Below, one piece after another: positions 53,824-62,682 of a stretch of 64,000 nt of DNA; position 1 is the stretch's first letter, and every line of letters starts with the position of its first letter. The DNA is from an uncultured Clostridia bacterium (GTDB lineage Bacteria > Bacillota > Clostridia > TANB77 > CAG-465), in contig CALXJF010000001.1 in the NCBI GenBank assembly GCA_944388575.1, forward strand, positions 6,894 through 70,893, in the 5' to 3' direction. The notes below the pieces were generated by a model. The model did no database searches. It saw nothing but the letters and a program-made list of their open reading frames with translations, and had not been told where the DNA came from. Made by a program: the position numbers and the translations under genes.

Positions 53824-54621
53824 TTAATATGTATTTTTTACCTTAACTTCCTTTGAGCAAAAATAATATTCATGATTTTTAGCCTTTTGATCTAAAAAAG
53901 ATACTTTAAATATTATTTCATCTTTCTTATTATATTTTCTTTTTTTTACCATGTAAAAAGAAATGTTTTTATACTTAGAATAACCAAATTCAAAAGGTAT
54001 ATCTTTTCCAAAATCATAAGAATTTATTCTTATTCCAAAATCAAAATATATTAAATTTAAGTTTATATACTCATTAAATTTTAAAAAGTCCTTTGAAACA
54101 TTATTTTTCTTCAAATTTTTAGAACAAAAATCAATATTTAAATCATATATCATAGAAGAACTAATATTTATGATCTTAAAATTCCACAAAGAATTCTCAT
54201 AAAAGACCTCAAATCTCTTTATATGAAAAATAAATTCACTTTCATTTTTAAAACAATTAAACATTTTGTAAATTTTATATATTTCATCATCAAAAGAATA
54301 CTTATTTTCTTTATATTCTTTTGATTTATATATTTTGTATGTTTTTAATAATAAATCGTCAATAAAAAAAGTTAAAAAAAATTGACGCTCTTTTAAAAAA
54401 TTCTTAAACTCATTTTCAAATTGTAAATTCATAGTATAGTTTACATATAAACTATCTTTATTATTAACTAGATTAGATTTTTCATCCGAATTTTTACTAT
54501 ATATTACTATTAATTTTGAATGGTTTGATTTATTATTTACTATAGCAGTTAAGATTACTGTAAGAATAGCAACTACTATTGGTGTAAAAATATTACTAAC
54601 TATATAAAAAAATATATCCAT
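53824..54621 (-). CDS. Hypothetical protein with N-terminal TM (extremely AT-rich)
   Basis: 265-aa ORF with GAGG RBS; rich in F/K/N/Y. Confidence 0.55.
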   Translation of the reverse strand: MDIFFYIVSNIFTPIVVAILTVILTAIVNNKSNHSKLIVIYSKNSDEKSNLVNNKDSLYVNYTMNLQFENEFKNFLKERQFFLTFFIDDLLLKTYKIYKSKEYKENKYSFDDEIYKIYKMFNCFKNESEFIFHIKRFEVFYENSLWNFKIINISSSMIYDLNIDFCSKNLKKNNVSKDFLKFNEYINLNLIYFDFGIRINSYDFGKDIPFEFGYSKYKNISFYMVKKRKYNKKDEIIFKVSFLDQKAKNHEYYFCSKEVKVKNTY

Positions 54622-54694
54622 AACGTCCTCTTATAATACTAAATATTATATCTTATTCGTTTTTATAAAGTCAATAAAAAGAAAAGTAAGTTAA

Positions 54695-55957
54695 CTACTT
54701 TTCCTCTATAATATATTCGTTATATTTATTATAATCTCTTTGGTTTACACTAGCTTCAAGCAAACTCCCCTCTTCTATATAATCAATTTTATTTATTATA
54801 GAATTATTTACTAAATATGAAAGTATAGAACTTTTTTCATAAGGTATTAACATCTTACAATTAAAATACTCTCCATATATATTTTTACAAATCACTTCTA
54901 CTAATTCTTTAATTCCAATCTTGTTTGAAGCTGACATATATATAACATTGTCCTTAACTTTAGGTATTTTTATATGCATCAAATCCGATTTATTATATAC
55001 ATAAATTACTGGAACATGCTCCGCCCCAATCTCTTTTAAGGTATTATTAGTTACTTCTATATTTTTCATATAATTCTCATCAGAGTAATCTATTACATGA
55101 ACTAATAAATCAGCATTTTTTACTTCCTCTAAAGTTGATCTAAATGCTTTTACTAAATTATGTGGCAACTGACTTATAAAACCAACTGTATCTGACAGCA
55201 AAAAACTCTTCTTATTATCAATAACTATTTTTCTTACAGAAGTATCCAATGTTGCAAATAACATATCCTTTTCCAATACCTTTTTTTCTTCATTTGGTAC
55301 ATATTCATCAATTAAAGAATTTAATATAGTAGATTTACCAGCATTTGTATAGCCAACTAAAGAAACAAGTGGAATATTTGAATTTTCTCTTTGTTTCCTC
55401 TGCGCTTTTCTTGATTTTTCTAATAAATTAATTTCTTTATTTAACTCAACAAGTTTATCTTCAATTTTCCTTCTATCTAATTCTAACTTTTTTTCACCAG
55501 AACCTTTATTACTTAGCCCACTTCCTCCTCCTTGTCTACTAAAAGATGTATGTAATCCAACCAAACGAGGCAACATATATTGAAGCTTTGCAACCTCTAC
55601 TTGTAATTTGGCTTCTTTAGTTCTTGCTCTTTTAGAAAAAATTTGTAAAATGAGAGCAGTTCTATCTAAAATTGGAACATTTATAACTTTTTGTATATTT
55701 CTAAGTTGTGAAGGAGAAAGTTCATTATTAAAGATAACTAAATCTATATCGTTACTATTAATATACTCGTTAATTTCATAAACTTTTCCACTACCTATAT
55801 ATAGCGACGAGTTTATTTTATCTAAATTTTGTGTAAAAGTTTTTACTACTTTTATATTACAAGCTTGTGCTAACGAATTTAACTCATTTAATTCAACTTC
55901 AAAATATTTATTATTTAAATTTGCTCCAATAGAAACAGCTTTTTCAAATTCTTGCAT
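54695..55957 (-). CDS. hflX: GTPase HflX
   Basis: 'GSGK', 'DRTALIL.IF..RA.T.EAKLQVE', GYTNAGKS, LFATLD, DTVGF, NKSD. Confidence 0.96.
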   Translation of the reverse strand: MQEFEKAVSIGANLNNKYFEVELNELNSLAQACNIKVVKTFTQNLDKINSSLYIGSGKVYEINEYINSNDIDLVIFNNELSPSQLRNIQKVINVPILDRTALILQIFSKRARTKEAKLQVEVAKLQYMLPRLVGLHTSFSRQGGGSGLSNKGSGEKKLELDRRKIEDKLVELNKEINLLEKSRKAQRKQRENSNIPLVSLVGYTNAGKSTILNSLIDEYVPNEEKKVLEKDMLFATLDTSVRKIVIDNKKSFLLSDTVGFISQLPHNLVKAFRSTLEEVKNADLLVHVIDYSDENYMKNIEVTNNTLKEIGAEHVPVIYVYNKSDLMHIKIPKVKDNVIYMSASNKIGIKELVEVICKNIYGEYFNCKMLIPYEKSSILSYLVNNSIINKIDYIEEGSLLEASVNQRDYNKYNEYIIEEK

Positions 55958-56067
55958 ATTTTACCTCCATCATATTTAGTATAACACAATTAATTGTTTT
56001 TAACAATTTTAATTTTTTATAAAAAAATAGACTATGAATTTTTTCATAATCTATATATTTTAATATT

Positions 56068-56643
56068 TTAATTATGCATTTTATCTTGAATATCTTTAAT
56101 ACTTTTTATATTATTTTCTACAATCTCTTCAGTAAGCTTTAATTCAAATTCATTCCATGATTTACTAAAAACATGATCAGCAAACATATCTTTTAAACCT
56201 GTTATCTGCTTTAATCTAACTATTTCATCAAGTTCCATTCCTAAATGCTTTGATATATCTTTATCTGTCCACCCTCTTTGCGTAAGGTCTCGAACTATAT
56301 GTGACATATCAACGATTTGATGAGTTCCTCTTGCTCTATTATGCCTTATTGTACTTGCCATCCTATTTTCTAAATCTTTATCAATTGTTACAATTGGAAT
56401 TTGCTTTAAATGAAAATATTCTTTCGCACATCTATACCTATGAAACCCATCTACCACTATATATTTATCATTTTCTTCATCATAATACGTAACAATAGGC
56501 TGAGTATAACCATCCTCTTCAATTGAATGTTTTAGTAGCTGCATCTCAGGAGGTGCAACCTTATTTGGGTTATAGTCATTTGCTATTACCTTATCTATAT
56601 CCACTAATCTAACATTTAATACAGGAAATTCTATTTCTTTCAT
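56068..56643 (-). CDS. IbrB-like ParB/Srx-domain protein
   Basis: 'ANDYNPNKVAPPEM.LL..SI.EDGYTQPIV', 'VDGFHR', 'STIRHNRARG.H'. Confidence 0.88.
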   Translation of the reverse strand: MKEIEFPVLNVRLVDIDKVIANDYNPNKVAPPEMQLLKHSIEEDGYTQPIVTYYDEENDKYIVVDGFHRYRCAKEYFHLKQIPIVTIDKDLENRMASTIRHNRARGTHQIVDMSHIVRDLTQRGWTDKDISKHLGMELDEIVRLKQITGLKDMFADHVFSKSWNEFELKLTEEIVENNIKSIKDIQDKMHN

Positions 56644-57032
56644 TAACTTCTACTACCTTCTTCACTACCAATTACTACAAAATTTTTATAACTATTTTCA
56701 TCATAAATCTTTAATTTAGCTTTTTTATATGCTGACATAAATACTTTGGGAACCACACTCTCACTAATTTTTACTTCTTGTTGTAAACCTTTTAACAATT
56801 CCTCTAATTGTTCGTCTTTAAATGAATATAGATTTTTAATAGTATCTTTAACCATAGATACAAAAGCTACTGGCTTGTCCTCTTCTAATAATATATACCA
56901 TTCTTTGTTAGAATCATCATATATTCTATCATTAATCTTATTTTGAACTAATCTTGAACCAAAAAATCTGCCCATATAACTATAAAAGTTCTCTGATTTA
57001 TTATTTAACTTTAATATTAAACTTCTTTTCAT
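56643..57032 (-). CDS. Hypothetical protein, possible GNAT-like fold
   Basis: 'WYILL..DKPVAFVS...IKNLY' pattern; coupled to the IbrB-like gene by a TAATG overlap. Confidence 0.55.
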   Translation of the reverse strand: MKRSLILKLNNKSENFYSYMGRFFGSRLVQNKINDRIYDDSNKEWYILLEEDKPVAFVSMVKDTIKNLYSFKDEQLEELLKGLQQEVKISESVVPKVFMSAYKKAKLKIYDENSYKNFVVIGSEEGSRS

Positions 57033-57050
57033 AATTAAAACACCTCTTTT

Positions 57051-58343
57051 TTATCCAATAACTTGTTCTTTTATTTGATATTTTAAAAATTTATCATCCG
57101 TTATAGTATTTGCATTTAGTAAGTTATCCCATTTATGAATTAATCTTTTTAACTCTCTTTCATCCGATTTAGTAGGTGCAAATGATAGACGTTTCAAGTA
57201 GAAATCGTTTTTTTCTATTGCACGAGCTATTCTTCTCCAAGAAATCGCCTTTTTTTGATTCTCTAATTTTGATTCAGCAACTTCTGGAATTTTATCTTCT
57301 GGAACATTATATTTATTTCTATGCCAAATCATAAATTTCTTTATCTTCCTATAATAATGTATCATCAGATCTCTATTATATATACCTATACTTTCTAATA
57401 AAAATACAGTATACTCCTGCCAAGACATGAACTTAGGTTTACATGTCCTTATATTTCCAAGTGCCGTTGTTTTACAATATATATTACCGAAATTTACACC
57501 ATTAACTCTATTTAAAACTTTAGTCCAAGTCTCATATTCTAGTGCTCTAAACTGATTTAATCCATTTTTTTGATCATCACCATAAGGCTGGCAAAGCCTT
57601 TGTTGATATATACTTAGCCCATTTTTATACATAAGCTCATATATTTCATTAAATTTAAGATCAAGTTGGCTTACTGCGCCCCATATATCATCAGCCGACC
57701 AATCGTATATAGGATAAAAATTAAATACATCTAAAAACTTCTCATTCATTTTTATCCTTGTAGTCCATTGATATCCATTAAACATTATTTTTTTATCTTG
57801 AAATGCAATGGTATTAAAACGATTTAAGCTTTCATCCGTCCTTATACCAACTCCACAAGCTACTGTACCACCATATTTTTGTTGATACCATTGTGCAAAC
57901 TGTATAATAAACTCTTCAAATTCTTCACCTTTTACAAAAAAATCAAATGGACAATTATAAATATTTATACTATCTCCTGGTAAAGGTCTAACCCATAAAT
58001 CTCTTGAATCTTCTTCCCAACATATCCATTTAGGTTGTAAAATTGATATTGCGTTTCTTAAAGCCATTGGTAAAGCTATATGATAAAAATCTCTTATTTG
58101 TGGTAGTTTCTTTAACTCTTCTATATGATCAATAGTTCTTTTATATTGAGCTTCTAAATCAATAAATAAAACGTCAAATTTTTTATTTAATTTTTTCCCA
58201 ACCATATTTGCTAATTGAATCATAACAGAACTATCTTTTCCACCACTAACACTAAAGTAAATATTATCAAAGTTCTTAAATATAATCTCAAGACGCTCAA
58301 ATGCAGCATCTAACACATTTTTTTCTAAATACTTTTTCGCCAT
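57051..58343 (-). CDS. IbrA-like PAPS-reductase family protein with DUF3440
   Basis: PP-loop SVSGGKDS, 'GIRTDESLNR', 'YPIYDW...DIW', 'QRLCQPYG', 'SWRRI'. Confidence 0.88.
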   Translation of the reverse strand: MAKKYLEKNVLDAAFERLEIIFKNFDNIYFSVSGGKDSSVMIQLANMVGKKLNKKFDVLFIDLEAQYKRTIDHIEELKKLPQIRDFYHIALPMALRNAISILQPKWICWEEDSRDLWVRPLPGDSINIYNCPFDFFVKGEEFEEFIIQFAQWYQQKYGGTVACGVGIRTDESLNRFNTIAFQDKKIMFNGYQWTTRIKMNEKFLDVFNFYPIYDWSADDIWGAVSQLDLKFNEIYELMYKNGLSIYQQRLCQPYGDDQKNGLNQFRALEYETWTKVLNRVNGVNFGNIYCKTTALGNIRTCKPKFMSWQEYTVFLLESIGIYNRDLMIHYYRKIKKFMIWHRNKYNVPEDKIPEVAESKLENQKKAISWRRIARAIEKNDFYLKRLSFAPTKSDERELKRLIHKWDNLLNANTITDDKFLKYQIKEQVIG

Positions 58344-58506
58344 ATATTTTCCTCTTTATTCCATATTCGGATAATTTTACCGTATTATATCACAAAATTT
58401 GTCAAAAAAAAAGTTTTTTTGACAAACTAAATGATTTATTACTTAGTGACATAAAAAAGAGCTATCGTAAAAAACGATAACTCTTATAATATATCAAATA
58501 AACAAA

Positions 58507-58785
58507 TTAATTAACGACATAGACATGGCTTGATGTTAACAATTCAGAATGACCTTTACATATCCGAACTCCTTTAATAGGAGTTGTTTTCACTCTTAAG
58601 TCCTGACCGGGTCTAAAATTACAAACCTTACCTGAAGCCACAACTGATTCACCAGATTCAACTAACTTTTTTGCTTGAGAAATATCTTTAAATTCATTAT
58701 TCCCACATTCAAAAAAATCAATTATGAACCTTCTTACTTTAATATTTTCCTTAAATACTGACATAGTTATCCTCCTTATTAACAT
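58507..58785 (-). CDS. Hypothetical protein
   Basis: AAGGAGG RBS before MSVFK; followed by a hairpin at about 58458-58485. Confidence 0.6.
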   Translation of the reverse strand: MLIRRITMSVFKENIKVRRFIIDFFECGNNEFKDISQAKKLVESGESVVASGKVCNFRPGQDLRVKTTPIKGVRICKGHSELLTSSHVYVVN

Positions 58786-58866
58786 AGGATTATTTTTTTA
58801 TATAATAGATATTATACACTGTTTTACATAAAAAAGTCAATAACTTTATAAAAATTTATGATAAAT

Positions 58867-60411
58867 TTAATTAAAATTTCCTGTTAGGGGTAATTCTTCA
58901 GTATATTCAATATTATCGTTTCCTATATTTATACATATTTCTTCATTTGGCTTTTTTATTTCAAACTCAAAACTTGTAGAATTAATAACATAAAATTTAT
59001 TAGTCTTTACCTCTTTTATGTAGTATTTCCCCTTTGGCAATATTTTTGAATATGCAATTCCATCCTTATCAGTTGTAATTGTGTCTACTATATTTCCTGT
59101 TTCATCGAATATATTAAATACAGTGCCCTCTATTGGACTACCTTTTTTTAACCCAGATAATTTATTATCTTCATTACCAGTTTTAATAATTTTTACATTT
59201 CCTCTTATTTTTTTATTTTCAAATATAATCTTATTTTCTTGACCAATTTTTAATGATACCTTCTGTTTATTATTACTTTTATCTATATAATATTCTTCTG
59301 GTACTTCGACTTCTTCAATTACAACATCACTATCAATTAATATATTAAAATCTTTTTGTAAATCAATCAATACTTCTCCATTTTTATCTGTAATATATTC
59401 TCCTAAAATTTTACTTTCATCTGCATTATATATTCTAAACTTTACATTTGGAATTTTTATATTGTTATCATCTTTATCAACTTTAATTATCTTTAACATA
59501 TTAGGAATATATTTTAATTTCAAATTTAAATCTTTAACTACATTTTTGAGTGGTTTTAAAGTAATTGCCACATTTTGCATTCCAGTTTTAACTGCTGAAC
59601 CAAACATTACTGAATTTTCTTTTGTATTATATAAAAATGAAAAAGTTATATTACTATCTTGTATTATTTTATCCCTTTTAACCATTAATTTAATTTCTTT
59701 TTGATTTGTAACCTTATCTAAAAAATTATTATTTAGATCACATATTTTTATATCTTGACTTAAGTTACTTAATATAATCTCTTTAACATTTTCATTATAA
59801 ATTAATCTAATTCTTTTACTATAATACTCCTTATTAATATTATCAATATTAAAATCTTTATCTATCTCTTCAATATTTAAACTATTATCTTCTATTTTGT
59901 TATTTACTCCATTTGTATATATTTTCTTTATAGCATTAACTACATTTTGATTACTACTATTTAAAGGTTCTATTTTATTAAAATCCAATTTGCTAAGATA
60001 AGTCCATACCGCAAATTGCGTAGCAAACTTTGCTTCTTCATTAGAATTTAAACCTAATTCATTTAATGTTTTATATGGATAACCATTTAAAATAATACTT
60101 GTAAGCTTTTCATCTTCTAATTTCTGTTTAACCTCTACTTCATATTCCTCTTTTTCTGCACCATCGACACCTAAATTTATACAATACGCTGGACATCTAT
60201 TTCCTTCATCATCTATATAATAATAGTCAAAAAATCTTTGTGATACACCATTATATTTTATATATCTATTTTCATTCTTATTATAATAAATTCTATATTT
60301 TCCTAAACTAATATTACTATTTTCATATGATGCAAATACACAACTAAAATTAAATGTAAACACTAACAACATTAATATTCCAAATATTCTTACTTTTATT
60401 TTATAATTCAT
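58867..60411 (-). CDS. Thioester-domain (Cys-Gln) surface protein with SpaA/Cna-B repeats and terminal LPxTG
   Basis: Signal peptide, 'AYCI', 'NGYP', 'ATQFAVW', two 'K.D....I....F.I.....TDK.G' repeats, ends LPLTGNFN*. Start ATG 60411 after AGGAGG. Confidence 0.8.
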   Translation of the reverse strand: MNYKIKVRIFGILMLLVFTFNFSCVFASYENSNISLGKYRIYYNKNENRYIKYNGVSQRFFDYYYIDDEGNRCPAYCINLGVDGAEKEEYEVEVKQKLEDEKLTSIILNGYPYKTLNELGLNSNEEAKFATQFAVWTYLSKLDFNKIEPLNSSNQNVVNAIKKIYTNGVNNKIEDNSLNIEEIDKDFNIDNINKEYYSKRIRLIYNENVKEIILSNLSQDIKICDLNNNFLDKVTNQKEIKLMVKRDKIIQDSNITFSFLYNTKENSVMFGSAVKTGMQNVAITLKPLKNVVKDLNLKLKYIPNMLKIIKVDKDDNNIKIPNVKFRIYNADESKILGEYITDKNGEVLIDLQKDFNILIDSDVVIEEVEVPEEYYIDKSNNKQKVSLKIGQENKIIFENKKIRGNVKIIKTGNEDNKLSGLKKGSPIEGTVFNIFDETGNIVDTITTDKDGIAYSKILPKGKYYIKEVKTNKFYVINSTSFEFEIKKPNEEICINIGNDNIEYTEELPLTGNFN

Positions 60412-61094
60412 TACTCCTCCTTTAATTGCAATGCTTTTACACATAACCTACTATCTTTTTTATTATTTATACAAGTTATTAAGGTAAGCATATTAGCAGA
60501 TGAATTTTCAAGAACTGAAAAATCTCTACTACTAATCTCTTTTACTTCTATTACCTTATATTCTCTCTTACCAAATTCAGTCACATAGATTATTTTATCT
60601 CCTATCCTTAATTTATCTAAATCCTTGAAAAGATTAGAGCCTCTAATACCGTAATTATGAGCTGCTAAACACACATTTCCATTAAATATAGCAGTATTAC
60701 TAAAATGACCTATACTCTTACTTAATATGTCTTCTGTTACACCATTTTTAACCATATCTTTTTTTACTTCTATTTTATCTATAGTTAAATATCCTACTAT
60801 ATCATTTAAACTTCTATTTGCTTTTGAATTACCACTAAATACATTTTTATTATCTAATTTTATTTGTTTTCCCCCTACTTCTTTAACTTTGTCAAATTTT
60901 ACATAGGAAACTATATATATTAAAACTAATACTAATAAAAGAACTAATATAGATATAAATATTCGCTTAAAATATCCCATTTTCCTCCAATCTAAAAATA
61001 CAAGTATATAAATTAAATATGAAAAAATTAAAATGAATAAAAATAATTGATTAAATACATTTATATTATATATAACTAAACTCATAAAAGTCAA
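60411..61094 (-). CDS. Sortase (class D-like)
   Basis: 'GNVCLAAHN', 'LFKDL..L..GD', 'LTLITC', conserved Arg; true start probably ATG 60980. Confidence 0.9.
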   Translation of the reverse strand: MTFMSLVIYNINVFNQLFLFILIFSYLIYILVFLDWRKMGYFKRIFISILVLLLVLVLIYIVSYVKFDKVKEVGGKQIKLDNKNVFSGNSKANRSLNDIVGYLTIDKIEVKKDMVKNGVTEDILSKSIGHFSNTAIFNGNVCLAAHNYGIRGSNLFKDLDKLRIGDKIIYVTEFGKREYKVIEVKEISSRDFSVLENSSANMLTLITCINNKKDSRLCVKALQLKEE

Positions 61095-61408
61095 GAAAAA
61101 TTGATCGCATTTTTTGACATAAAAAAATCAAATCACCAAAATATAATATATTATAATTAATAATATTACAACTATACAAAGCAAAAAAAGAACATACTAT
61201 TAATTATTTTAAATAAAAAAAGACTATACCAATAAAAATAATTGATATAGAATTTTTTAAATTTATTCTTATAGTATTTTTAACAATTCCGTTTTACCAT
61301 CAATAATTTTTTATATAATAAACTCTCCTTAAAAATTTTTAAAGATATTTATTATTTATGTTTCATTAGTATAATATAATATTGTAAATTTTTACATTAT
61401 ATCATTTT

Positions 61409-61639
61409 TTACATCCATAAATCTTTAGTTAGCTCTTCTATCTCTCTTTTTCTTTTCTCTGTTTCACTAATATCTAAAATATAAGTTTTCCCATCAGAAA
61501 AAAATACATCTCCCTCTTTTATATCTTTTGGTAATTTTTTTTTATCTATATTTTCAAATTTTAAATCATCTCTTTCACAAACTGCAAAATCACCTTCAAA
61601 TCTATCAATTATATACTTATGTTTATTTTCCATACTCAT
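61409..61639 (-). CDS. DUF3006 protein
   Basis: 'IIDRFEGDFAVCE...LP...KEGDV'; usual partner of ComEC-like MBL genes. Confidence 0.88.
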   Translation of the reverse strand: MSMENKHKYIIDRFEGDFAVCERDDLKFENIDKKKLPKDIKEGDVFFSDGKTYILDISETEKRKREIEELTKDLWM

Positions 61640-62597
61640 AACTTCCTTCCTCTACATTTAATGAAATTTTATCTCCATCACAATTTAAAATAATAGTACC
61701 ACTTTCATCTGTTCTATAAACTGGGATACTACTTGCTTGTAATCTAACCATTGTTTCTTTAGATGGATGCTTATAGCTATTATCTTTTCCAACAGATATA
61801 ACTGCTAAACTAGGATCAACTTTTTCTAAAAACTCTGTTGAAGTTGAAGTTTTAGAACCATGATGCCCAATCTTTAAAACATCAGCCTTAACATCAAGAT
61901 TATTATCTAAAATCTCTTTTTCAGAAACTTCTTCAGCATCTCCCATAAATAAAAATGATTTATTTTTATATTTTAATTTTACTACAATTGAATAATCATT
62001 TGCTTCTTTATACTCACTAGAATTAGGAGCTAATATTTCAAAGCTAGCCTCTCCAAGAGTAAATGTTTCCTTACTACTTGGTGCATATAGTTTTTTATTT
62101 TTAGCTTGCACAGCCTTTGCAAAATTTTCAAAAGTTTTAGTTGTAGATGTCTGTTTTGGGAAAAAGATATTCTCAACATCAAAGTTTTCTATCACCTTAT
62201 CCATTCCCCCTATATGATCCTCATGTACATGAGTTCCAATAATATAATCAAATTTACTAACGCCTAGTTCTCTTAAATAATTTAGTAAACTTTCTTCTGT
62301 ATCATTTTTACCAGCATCTATTAGCATAAAATGTTCATTTTGCTTTATTAAAATAGCATCTGCTTGACCTACATCTATATAATGTATTTGTAACTTTGGT
62401 TCAACCATAGAAGTAGATACATCATTATTTTTACTTACATCAACTATAGTATTTACATCTTTATTTCCTTGTATATTAATATTATCAGAAAAATCCAAAA
62501 AATAACTAGTAGCTAAAGCTGCTATTACAATAACTAAAAAAAATATATACCTTATTAACTTTCCCTTTGTTTTCTTCTTCATATACATATCCCCCAT
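61623..62597 (-). CDS. ComEC/Rec2-like metallo-beta-lactamase fold protein
   Basis: 'IDVGQADA', 'THVHEDHIGG', 'LFMGDAE', 'KIGHHGS', 'YRTD..GTI'. Confidence 0.9.
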   Translation of the reverse strand: MGDMYMKKKTKGKLIRYIFFLVIVIAALATSYFLDFSDNINIQGNKDVNTIVDVSKNNDVSTSMVEPKLQIHYIDVGQADAILIKQNEHFMLIDAGKNDTEESLLNYLRELGVSKFDYIIGTHVHEDHIGGMDKVIENFDVENIFFPKQTSTTKTFENFAKAVQAKNKKLYAPSSKETFTLGEASFEILAPNSSEYKEANDYSIVVKLKYKNKSFLFMGDAEEVSEKEILDNNLDVKADVLKIGHHGSKTSTSTEFLEKVDPSLAVISVGKDNSYKHPSKETMVRLQASSIPVYRTDESGTIILNCDGDKISLNVEEGSYEYGK

Positions 62598-62682
62598 ATA
62601 AACTTAAGTATACTTAAATTAAAATAATTTGTCAAGAAAATTATAAAGACAAAAATAGACAATTAGAACATAATCTAACTGT

